Assembly (NCBI GenBank): GCA_051294905.1
Contig: CM119380.1
Coordinates: 17,298,001 to 17,362,000 of the forward strand
Origin: Botryllus schlosseri
Taxonomy: Eukaryota
Direction: 5' to 3'
Length of the DNA stretch: 64,000 bases
A program made the position numbers and the translations under genes. This document shows, one piece after another, positions 11,860 to 23,800 of this stretch (its first letter is position 1; each line of letters begins with the position of its first letter). The notes beneath the pieces were generated by a model. The model was given only the letters and a program-made list of their open reading frames with translations. It ran no database searches and was not told the DNA's origin.

Positions 11860-14800
11860 CTGAAACAGTGAGCATTGTCAGTGCAATGTCAAACTTGTAT
11901 CGTTTAAGAAAACAAAGTAGCCGAGGAGAGTTGACCACGCTAAACGGGATAAAATGTAAGTATAATACTCAGAGCATAGCTTAAAAATAGCGTTGAGAAT
12001 AGTCAAATGATGTGCATAGACTTGTTTTCGCTGAGGAACAAGCATCACATTAATGACAAAGTGTCTTTCCATGACTGACAAAAAATCACTGGTTTTACTG
12101 GTACGTGTAGCTTACAGACGTGCAGTTTTCGAAACTAATTACCGTGATGGATATCTGGCAGAACTAGTAGGCCTACAACTTTCCCGTGGCTCGTGTGACG
12201 ATTTTAACTCGAAGAAACTACATAATGGATTAAGAAGGTGTCTAAGTCTAGGGAAATACAGCTTTGAAACCCTGCGTTATGGAAATGCAGACTTCAAGCG
12301 ATAAATGCAGATAAATATGTACTCCGACATCGACCGTATTCCGGAATTATATTTACGCGTTATGTCAACGCTGTCGATGCAAAGTTTACAAATTCAACTC
12401 ACGTTTGATGCGACCTTCGCCGCGCGTCCCATAAGAAGATAATGTTTGTAAGGCCGCAGCCGTGGGCAGCAAGTCCGCGACACCCACATATATTCTCTCC
12501 GAAGCACTTTGACATTACTCCTGTAACTATGTAGGATTTCCACCGTGTACCGCGCATACGATCTCCGCATTGCGGGCCGTCGGGAGAGCACCCGTACGTG
12601 AAAAGCTGTAACAGAATTCAGATTCAATTGTGTAGACGGACACGTACCAGCACTCAGTAAGGGTTTAAGCTGACGCGGAACGCACCGACACATTTCCTGA
12701 TCGGATTGCGCGATGACAAACATGAAAGGAAGATTATATCCATGCATCTCATTTGTATGACATAGGCATTTACGCTGTATGAACCAATACCAAACATAGG
12801 TCACGCTACGAAGGTGTTTCATAGCAGAGGAATTCTGGATTATTACCAACAATTATCACCTACATCAACACGCCTGAAGTGTGACCGAAAATACTAATAA
12901 CATATACTGACCTTATATTTTAATTTGGTAATATTTAAACGCGTAACAAAATAATCAGCATTAATGAATATATTTACATTATAGCAATATAATAAATACA
13001 AATCGTGTGCATCGAAAATATACCCGAGAGTCAACTGTCCAGCTCCTAACACATAATGACGGATGCCGTGTGTTGGCGTTCTTCTAGAAGTATAATAATT
13101 CTTATCGCCAAATGTCAATTGCAGGCATAGATAATATTGTTTGTCTATAAGTAGCATAGAGTTATCTTCCTAAAAATTAGTGATATTATGAACTATTGCC
13201 AAAATACCTTCACACAGCAGATAGGTTATTTATACATCACAACTCGTAAGATAACATTTCCGTTAGTCCAATAAAAGTACATTACAAATAGTGTACGTTT
13301 TAGCCTCTATTTACGAATTACATTCATGTGGAATGTCATGTTGAATTATGTGGAATAATCGTGGTTAAAGATATGGTCTAGTTTCCGGTTTGTTATTACA
13401 CCGCATATGGCCTCAACGAGAAACCGTAATACACGTGAACGTGAATTGATCAAAAATTGCACAATATTGGAATGTTGAAAATGCCTTGGACCAGCAAACG
13501 AGTTTCGCAAACGAGTTTTCAGTATGAAGGCGGTTTCACACGCCCACTAAAGTAAATATTGTCTAAATGGCGCATGACAATTTAGACTTGATGTCTGTCG
13601 AAAGCTTTCAGAATTCACGAAAATAAATCTACGAATAACCATAGGCAAGCAAAACGATACGGCGGGGAATTCTCGGCAAGTGTACGAAACAACATATTTT
13701 GGAAATTAAAGAATCTGCGGTAGGGAGACAGGTACGGTGAATTCTCATTGTTTCGGTGTTTGCACACCCTGCCTTGGGAATGTGTTTTTGTGCATCGTAA
13801 CGGAGTTCACGGTATCCGCATACCGTTTACTATGTATCGTGTGGATCCCGCATTATTGTGCAAGTGGATCCCGCATTATTGTGCAAGTGCATCCGAGTAT
13901 GCGATAGTGGAGACTATCACGGATTACTACACACTACACAGCCTCCATCGACGATCTTGCTAGCAGATGTGTGATTGTGCGTGTTTATCAAACACGGTGT
14001 TCATACACGCTGAACAGTGCGACTAATATGCCCCCGCGTGTATATATTTAGGTAATAGATGATAGCACACCTCAAGGACACACCCCAATATAATCACATT
14101 GGGAAAGTATATGTTGATCGATAATCGGTATATCTCGCTACTGTATTACGTTGTCCACCGGGAATCCTCAAAGACATATTCTCATAACCAGAGCGCCGGT
14201 TCGCAACGAAATGTTTGCGGTCTGTTGCGAAGGCACGCTGTTAATAACCGCGACACACACATTACACAATCGTACTTAATGCGATGTTCTCACGGATGTG
14301 TATTTGCCATTAAAGTCATGAACTAAATCTGAACACGCTAAGGTCTGCCATGCCCGAAAAATAATTCCACACTTGCTCATTGCGATCAGTCAGGCACTTT
14401 ATGTGGTACAGACTACAGACGCATAGGTAATATGAAAAATGTATTGCTATGAAAATGGTGGCACTGAATTTCGTAAGTGTGTGATTTGAGATATGTATAT
14501 CCGCAGACGAAACCCGTTACACTTATTGTATTATGCCAATTTCTCATGACTTCGATCATTATAAGTGATCTACATAACTATAAACTAAGGCAAACCGGCA
14601 TACGACACTTCAGCATGGGGGCACATAAGCATAAAGTAAGCATGAGTGTTAAAGTGTCGCATGCTCAACATTTGTTTTTCACCGTATCGCATGCTCAAAT
14701 GTCGGGCAACCGATCTACATATGTACTGTCCACCACTTGGTCCAACCACGCTTGTTCTAACAATATTCAAAATTCTTGAACAAATCGCCTTATCTGGAAT

Positions 14801-17800
14801 ATACGCTGCAGTGAATAACGTGGACGCAGGCCGGGTACCGTATAGTGGAATTTACAAGTGAAGTTCTGTTACTCCGAGAGTTTTTTCATATATTAGATAT
14901 GTAAAAAAACATATACACGCCAAGCGAACGAAGCCTTGCAAAAAGGACTTGATCCCGTCAGTAATGAAAATATCTGCACGGATCGTAGAAGAATTAGCGG
15001 TAATCATAGAAAAATCGCTACTTCTAAAATAAGCTGATTATTTGCTCGTCCTAACAAAGGATTACCAATCAGATAAACAACAGCACGTCACCGACGAAAA
15101 CAATCCGAGGTCGATTACTTCGTGATAAAAAAACATCGAACAGTGAATTGCACAAACGCTGGCATGAAGTCGCGACGCGTACTTGAAAAATGTCTCGGAT
15201 TCCTTTCGAATTACAACACCGCTTCAAGAATTAAATACACTTCGGCTTGTAAGATCAAGGCGTATTTTATGAACGAGGTACTTAACAGGATTGTGTCTTC
15301 GGTGGTGAGCTACACCAAGCATATTAAAACATCTACTTGATCACGCCTCGGGTGCGATTAATCGCGATTGCTTGTAGTTTGTATTTGGTAACTATAGACA
15401 TATTGTATCTACCCACGCTACAATAAACAGGTAGTGACGAATTTATCGCCAGAAGTAAAATTTGAAACTCTATGACCATTAAGACTGCCCATACCGTTGA
15501 TAGGCAAAATGTGAAATGAAAAGATAAATTGGCCTATTCATTACCCGACCATAATTACATAATTATACTCGGGAAATATTCATAAATAGGTGCTGCCCTA
15601 CCACGCAGACTATATTGAATATAGAAAAAGAGGTTAGATCCACTCATGAAAATGGGCAAAATGGCTGTAAACGAATAGCGATCAATGGATCCCGTAAAAG
15701 CAACATGAATCCGAACGAGATTCTACAACAGATTGTCAACAGACAATAACTCACCGAAATCATTATCGCAGAACTGTTGTTTTCTATTAGGGCCTCTTCG
15801 ACAGGCCATGCACGAAGCATTTGATTTTCTCGATTTCTGAAATCAAATTAAGAAGGGTGAGAACGTAACTTTGGGTTTGAAGGTGAATAAAATATTGAAG
15901 GTTTTCTCAGCGGAGTAGGGATTGGTTTAAGGAAATACGAAGCCCGCATATCTCGCGAAATATATAGCAGTACAATAGTACATTGCTTGACTGTACGTTT
16001 TGTACACGCATCACTGGATTCAAAAAGCAGTGCAAATTTAGGGCGTGTCATGATAACTCTCGATGTATCTCATCAAGAGCAGGAATATTTTGATATCACC
16101 GATACGAAAAATAAACGGGTAATCGTGTGGCTTTAAATCAAGACCTGAGGGGATCCGTTTGCGGGTATGGTACTTTATACCTCAATTGATACCGAGAGGG
16201 TTCGTGCATGTACGAAATCAAAGCCATGCGATCGCGATATCTATGAAAGTAGGAAGTTTCGCGAACCTTATACGACTTGGCGGGTTTTCTTCTTGGAGGC
16301 GACGTATTAGTAGTTACAGCAGGTAGTGTAGTAGGCGGCACGGTAGTAGTGTTGGCAGCCGTTGGCACGACAACGGCGTGTGGATCCAGGCCGGCGGCGA
16401 GGATTTGATCCATGAAGTCATCTGAAATGGTTCAGCTATCATCACTCTGATAGAGAATGACGCCGTTAATCGAATAGAGACTGAAATAATCGGATTACAG
16501 GACCGTAACGCCATGACCTATAGCCAACCATAGTGAACTTGCTCTCATGTTACTATACTTCATACATTTTCTCAGCAGGCTCCGAATTGTCTGCATTCGT
16601 GGGGGTAGGAAACTGCTGAACAGTTGAGGCTTTTGTCAAGCTAATCGCTGCTGACACCTTTCAACATATCAAGATCTATACACCTTCACGACAAACGTAG
16701 GATCACTAACGACGTTGAAAACGAACTTCTACTGCATTTGGGTTACGTCATCCGGCTGTTACAGCAATTCTACTCATAGTTTCTAATTTTAAAATGTACA
16801 ATGTAAAAAGTTTATATAGCTTCAAAGGCATCACTATTTATCGCTCGAGCAAGTGACGGAAGTATATATGGAACCTATTCCAGGACTCCGAATAATTGAA
16901 GCACTTCGTTACTCTCACAGACTTGTATAGAAACTACCAATATAATAATAGTTGACGGTCAACTAACTAATTGTTTTGAGTAGTTATAGTTCTGCTGTAA
17001 AACTATATAGACACGTTTCGTCGTTTGGCGTGAATCGTAATACTGGTGTTCGGATGTTTTGATGTTCTTGCAGCCATTGCTATCACCAGTAATGTCGGCG
17101 TAGCCAGGAGGTGGATTTTCGGAGTCGAAACCCATCCCATTTCAAACTCCAAACGTATATGAGTTACTATGGAATTGACTCCAGAAAAGCTGTGTTTTAG
17201 TTTGCTGTGGATATTTAAAGGTCGTTAGTTCTCGTTCTAAATGCGAGTTTTGAAAAGTAAGTAGTTCTAGATCAAGTTTTGAATTTTGAAAATTCTGAAG
17301 TTTGTACAAGTCTGTACCGACCCCCTATCTGACTTATGACTTGGTTTCCTTTCCGTTGTGGAGTTCCAACAGCCACTTTTCAGTGACCCCATCCCATGCC
17401 CGGATATGTACCCTATACGTGATAGGCCTCGGTTACTCATAACTGGGTGGTTCACTGCACAAAGTGTTCGCGTTTACCTTCGGTCTCCAGTCGAAACACC
17501 TCCACCATGGGCCGCTTCAGCTCCGCCGTAAATTCATCGCCCTCCTGGCTTTCATTCCTCGGAATCCAGTATTCGAACTCCACGTACGGTTGCTTCTTGT
17601 CGATGATCAGCATCTAAACAGCGGTAACTTGACCATGAATTCGCGCATAAAAATATGCATGTAATCGCGCGTAAGTGGCAAACAACGACGGAGAAAAGTC
17701 GAAACAGGCCGGCGCGTTCTAGAATGATCGAACGGACGGTGTTGAATTACGCGCTAGATAAAAGACATTCCAATTACGGCCGCCGTAACTGGGTCTGTAA

Positions 17801-20800
17801 CTACACGCAATTTTTTATTATCCCGTAATTTCATCAGATCTGCACTGTAAAAAATAAACCGTGTATTTAACGTGTTTTTTGCATGTTTTTTCCAAAAACA
17901 CGTTAAACGACGGAAAACGCCGACGTGTTTTTGAAATAAACAAGTTTAAAACCAAAAACGCGACGTGTTTTCCAATTAATCAAGTTCAAAACTGAAACGT
18001 AACATGTTATGTAAAAAACATGTTGCGTTTCAGATTGGAATAACGTTGCTCTGATTTGAAAGCTACTGTCGCACTGATTCCGAAAATATGCATTAAAATC
18101 TAATCAGGGCAATGGAACGCCTTCGAAATACACCCAAAAGTATGAAATTCGGCATTGTTCCGAACCACGCGTTATAGGGCTGCGTCGCTGCGATTGTTTG
18201 GAACAATGCTGATTTTCAGATTTTGAAGGCTACTTCGGGGTAATTCCATTGCCCTATTGAAATTTTAATGTATATTTTCAGACGGACACGGAAAGAGTGT
18301 CAGGGACAGGGATTCTGCACAATGTTGATACAGTGGGACCAGATTCGGATTTTATTGCACCAATTGGAACGCAACATAATTGCTAATCCTATTGCTGACG
18401 ATCCGAGCACTCAAATTAAAAAAAGTTGAGCTTATTTATAGGCTACTGTCGCATTAATTCCGAAATATACATTAAAATCTTATCGGGGCAATTGAACCCC
18501 CTCGAAATGCACCCCAAAAGTCTGCAAATCGGCATTGTTCTGAACGATCGCAACAACGCAAAGGCCGTTGTTATGGTGATTGTGCTGCATCGCTGCACGA
18601 TGCCGATTTTCAGATTTTTAGGCTATTTCGGGTTAGTTCCATTGTCCTAATGAAATTTTAATGTATTATTTTCAGAATCAGCGTGACGGTAGCTTTCAAA
18701 TAAGATCAACTTTATTTAATTTGAGGGTTCGGGTCTTCAGCTATTGATAACCGATCATGCTGCGTTCAGATTGCTGAGCACTTCAGTAGTCAATTCCTCA
18801 CGACGAGCAAGGGTGATGATGGGTGGTGCGAATCTATGCGTAGGTTAGTTATCTATAAAAAAAAGACATTTGAGTATTGGTCTTGATTGGTTGAAAAACT
18901 GAGGTATAATTTCAGTTCACCACTCACACTATTTCACGATCCGACGTGATTGGTTAAAAAAACGGAAGTTCTACTTCACTGCTCACGTGATTGCCGTATG
19001 CGTTACGATTGGTTTGAAAAACTTTCAGTGCCGGGAAGCCACTTCCATCGGCGATCACTACGCGGCCAGCAAAGTTGGCGAAACTGAGTGTAGAGTTTAT
19101 TACCGGCTGACGGTTATTGATCGTATTTGTCCAGTTAGTAGAGGATGCATTTCACATCAGTTTTCATCGGGGAAAGTGTTTCCGATTCATATGCGCGCCT
19201 ACGGGGTGTGCATAGTTGGTGTGCTGCATTTAACTGCAGTACGGTAACGTGTGGCGTGTGGAGGCAGCATATCGTTTAGCACTTACCATATATAGCTTCA
19301 GAGTGCATACGGTAACCAGTCGATTACAGTATATCATGTTGGGGAATGTCTTAGCTTAACTATGTAAATAATGAAACTAAGAAAGTTGAGCCAGTTGATA
19401 TATTAGGAGGATGTGTATACCATGCCAATATGTTGCATTTTGTCGAATGCAAGATATGGAGGGACAAGTTTGCTCTGTAAAATTATGTGACAAATACGGC
19501 AAAAAAGAATTCATGTTGTCAATCAGGATCAAGATGGTAAAATATTTTTCTATGAAGATTTTGACGGGCACTGTCACATTTGTGGTATCCTCAAGTCAGG
19601 CTTTGGGCGATATTTACACTATTATTCCTGTGAGGCTATGACAGAAACCGGTTTCCTTTGTGTTTTACAACCTGGTGAAATATTTTACCAGAGACTCCAT
19701 AATTTACCGGTATACTGTATTGGTAAATTACAGTATGGTGAGCAATGTTCCCTCTAATTTTTGACGAGTCTGCGCACACTCACGAACTCACTGCGCAGAC
19801 CCTTGGACAACAGTGCGTAAAGACTAAAAATAAGGTCATCATATCGGATTTTTTGTGCGCAGAGACCGTGTTAGCACTGCGCATTTGTGCATGTGCGCAG
19901 CTTAGAGGGAACATTGATGGTGAGATCGCTACATTAGACTGCATCATAGAATATGTTTCGAAGTTTAATAGTGAACTACATGCCGATAGAGAAAAGTTCC
20001 GGTAATTAAAATTGCGTAATTTTGAACATGACGTTCTATTTTTCAGATTCATCAGACTGGTTAGCGATTTATTACTCTTGTGCTATTAAATATGAAAATG
20101 CTGATCATCCATGGTAATATTAGAAAGGTGATCACAGTTGATCACCTATCTGAGATTTATGATGTTGTGAGATGTGCAGTTCGTAGTACCATCTAGGACA
20201 GAAAATTCACTACGGAATATTACGACAAGTCGCTTGAATTGAACGGCGATTTCTATGAATTGTCTGCCAAAGATCTGGGACAATATGACTGGTTTGACGA
20301 TGGAAGTGAGTAATTATATTCTATGCATGTCAACAGAATTATCATCATAAAGCGATGATCATGGTAATCATACTGTACTAAAATTATCTTGTCTTGTTCG
20401 ATATCTGTAATAGAAACGAATATAGATTTTTAGCCAAAATCACGCCGTGTTATGCAGGGCTTTAGAGCAGCCGCAAATTTAAACTGCTCCTGCTCTAGCT
20501 GCTGCTCCGGCTCTGAAATGATCGCATTGGCCTGTCTATATCAGGGGTGACCAACCCGTGGGCCAAATATGGCCAGCGAGAGGGTTTTGCGTGACCCGTG
20601 AGCTAATTTCCTATTATATTATCGAAAATGAATTGCTCAGATTGTGAACTTGCAATGCCAGCAAAAAATTACAATTCTTGCTGCGACACTTGGGATCTTG
20701 ATGACTAAAATATCAGTTCCAACGCATTGGCAGATCCAGGGTCCAGTCACCTTTTCAGTAAGTCGTCGTACATTACAATAAAGTAAAATAGCAGTAAAAT

Positions 20801-23800
20801 TTTTTTTTCACGCTTTGCGTGTTTAATTTTCGCACGATTTTGAAGTTCATTGGTCAATAATATTGTCACTTGATTATATTGCGGGCCTGCTGTATATCGC
20901 TGGGCTAAGTTTGCGAGGACTGGGCTATTCGGCGCATGGACATATCGATATTGAAAGCTGCGACCGCAACATGCGTCAATCATTTCGTGCCTAGGTTTCA
21001 TAGTCGACTGCCAGTGCAAACGGAAGGTCGCATATGTTGAACGACACTTTGTCTCGTAATCGCTAATATAGTTAGACTCAATCTGAAAACGAAAAAAACG
21101 CCTATTTTATCCTATCGAGTCTAACTGTATTCGCAATTACGGAAGAAAGTCTTTTCGCGTTTGCGCTCGCATAAAGATCGTCAATGGTGAAATCGCGATA
21201 TCGATGTGGCCAGACGCCAAATAGTCGTGTCCTTGCAAACTGAGTCTAGCGGGCGGTATACAATAGACCCGCAATACTCGAGTAATAATATTATTGACCT
21301 TGTTTATTTATAAATTTCGAAAATTTCATCTGCTTGGCGTGGCTAGTGGACCGCGAACTCGTTCGTCAATTGCATGTGGCTCTTCAGCCGAAAAGGTTGG
21401 CCATTCCTGGTCTATATAGATTACTAATCTACCATAGGTTAGTACTTTTTTGTTTCCCGAATAGAATATGTTGGAATATGTTGATATGAACTTCTTCAAC
21501 GAATATGTGATGTTCTCCTAGGGTGATTTTATTTTTATCTAAAAACCGAAGATTTTGACCGATAAAATCTGATATTCTGTCAATTTTGACATTTTTAACC
21601 CTAAAAATCTTAATTTTGATGAAATTGTGATCTCGTATATATGTAAATTGCCTGTTTTCCCCCATTACCTTAGAATTTTAGGCTACTGCTTATCTTCATT
21701 TCTGGTCGGAACTGTCTGTTCTTACGAAATAGTTAGGCCTAAAAAAACTTTTGCTCTTTCTGCAATAAATTGACTCGCTATTACCGGCAAGCTGATAATT
21801 TGCTGGGCTTTAATGAAGATATTTATTACAGAGTCAACCTGCATCGGTATATTCTCCAGAAGACGAGCGCAGCATCGAGGTACAGCAAAAAGCAATAAGT
21901 GTCAAGTGGACGAAAAGACTGCGTGACAAGAGAAGATTCAGGTTAGGATGAAAAGAACATTTGAATCGTGTCATGAGGCCATTTTGAATGGGATATCAAC
22001 ACAAAGTCTGTTCGAGATTTAGCCGATGTTGATCGATGCGCATTGGGCAGGTATAAAGCAGTGTTGGGATGAAGTCACTGATAATGACATCCCCTTACCA
22101 CGTTCATGCAATAGGCTAGTCCTACAACGTATGCAATGCATGCACCAATTATTGACGATTATTATCAATGTGTAATATCATACAGCAGGGGCGGCATTAC
22201 ATTCCAATTTTTCAATGTTGGTGACACACATCTCAGAAGTTTGTCCAAACTTAATCCAAACCTTTCTTCAACTATGCCACATTGCAGGGATCATGGAAAG
22301 ACAAGCTCTACAACAAGTTGAGGGAATGGAGAAGACACCATGAAAAAGAAGTTCTCGTCTTAAACTTGGAATAGCAGAAGCATGGACGCTGCGGCAAACG
22401 GAAATCTCAGCAGCTTGTGGAAAAATCCAGTCAACGCTGCAAGAATTCTCGAGTCACAACATCCAATGTGAGCATTTTAGTATCTTGCTTTCTTGATCTA
22501 GATATCTTCAATATGAATATTTTGATATGATACTGATAACGCCAACAGACAATGTTACGTCTAATTTTTCTCGTGTCTGTGCGCATGCGAGCAGCTTAGA
22601 AGGAACATTGGCAAGAAGTAGCACCTTGCACCGATAAACGGTCATGTTTTGATTAGGATCTATTTTGTCCTACAGAGTCAACATGTATACTCTCCACAGA
22701 CGACGAGCGCAGCATCGAGATACATCAAAACGCAATAAGAGGCAAGTGGAGAATACCTCACAAGGAAACGATTCTGGATAGGATGAAAAGAACATTCGAA
22801 TCGCGTCGCGAGGCCATTCTGAATGGGATGTCAACACAGTCTGCTGGAGATTTACCCGATCTTGATCGATGCGCATTGGGTACCGTAGGTATAAAGCAGT
22901 GTTATGATCAAGTCACTGACGGCACAATCCCTCGGCATTTGTGGCATGCGCAATCATTTTTCATGACACAACAAATGACACATATATTATAACTAGGGCC
23001 ATTTTTATATGACCTTAGAAAATCAATAATATGACTTTATTTTTTGGAAAATATGAATTTATGTGAAAATGGTGTATTTTTACATGCAAATATCGGCACT
23101 GACGGAACTAAAGAGTAAAACCTATGCAACAACAGTTATACACGTCCATTTTTTATTCTAAATCACTGTTGCAGTACAGTAGTAGTGTGAAATGTTAAAG
23201 TCTTTGAAGTTACGATTCGGACGTAAAATGACTTTGGTAAGGAAAGTGAGAGCTCCACAGACGCTGATGTCACTTCTGCAGGGGTGCATAAAGCGCTGGT
23301 GAAATGTCTTGTATTTGCAGCTCCATTATTTGTTAAACCTCGTTTTTGTCCAATCGCTTCTTAATGTAAATTTTGAGCTTTATGACCTAATCAGGAAAAT
23401 GTGACTTCATAGCTTTAATATAGCTCAAAGGGATACGGTTTTGTGTTGAAATTGATTTCACGACTTGCTGATGCATAGAACAAAATATGGCTTTGAATGG
23501 CCCTAATTATTACCATGGGTTAGCAAAAAGTGAAGTCAGTTTTCAAAATGTATAAAACTCGTCGGTGACCTAAAAATACTTTTTAAATTAACATACATTG
23601 TTCTTTTTGGGCAGATTTAGTTTTCTTGAATTTTTTAATCGCACATACTTCCAGACGTAGACATTTCTTCCTTAGATATAAGGGCGACCAACCCTCGGGC
23701 TGCAAGGCGATTCTAGAAATTGATTATAATATTTATTAGTACTCGCAGAAATATTGTCAGCAGTGAAACCTTTGCACAACGCGATGTACGCAGCCTCGCT

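Noticed and set aside
12606-12852. 5' part of the 152-aa ORF (MCRCVPRQ...) as the NTR start
   Set aside because: It lies upstream of a good acceptor at 12606. The real CxxC...FC.NDF exon is at 15755-15836.
17040-17200. Open minus-strand frame NGMGFDSENPPPGY... as an extra exon
   Set aside because: No convincing acceptor/donor pair, and exons 9 and 10 already join in phase.
19400-19540. Cys-rich exon-like segment ending in a GT donor inside the CACTA element (possible transposase zinc finger)
   Set aside because: Frames conflict and there is no recognisable family motif. I cannot support a transposase call.
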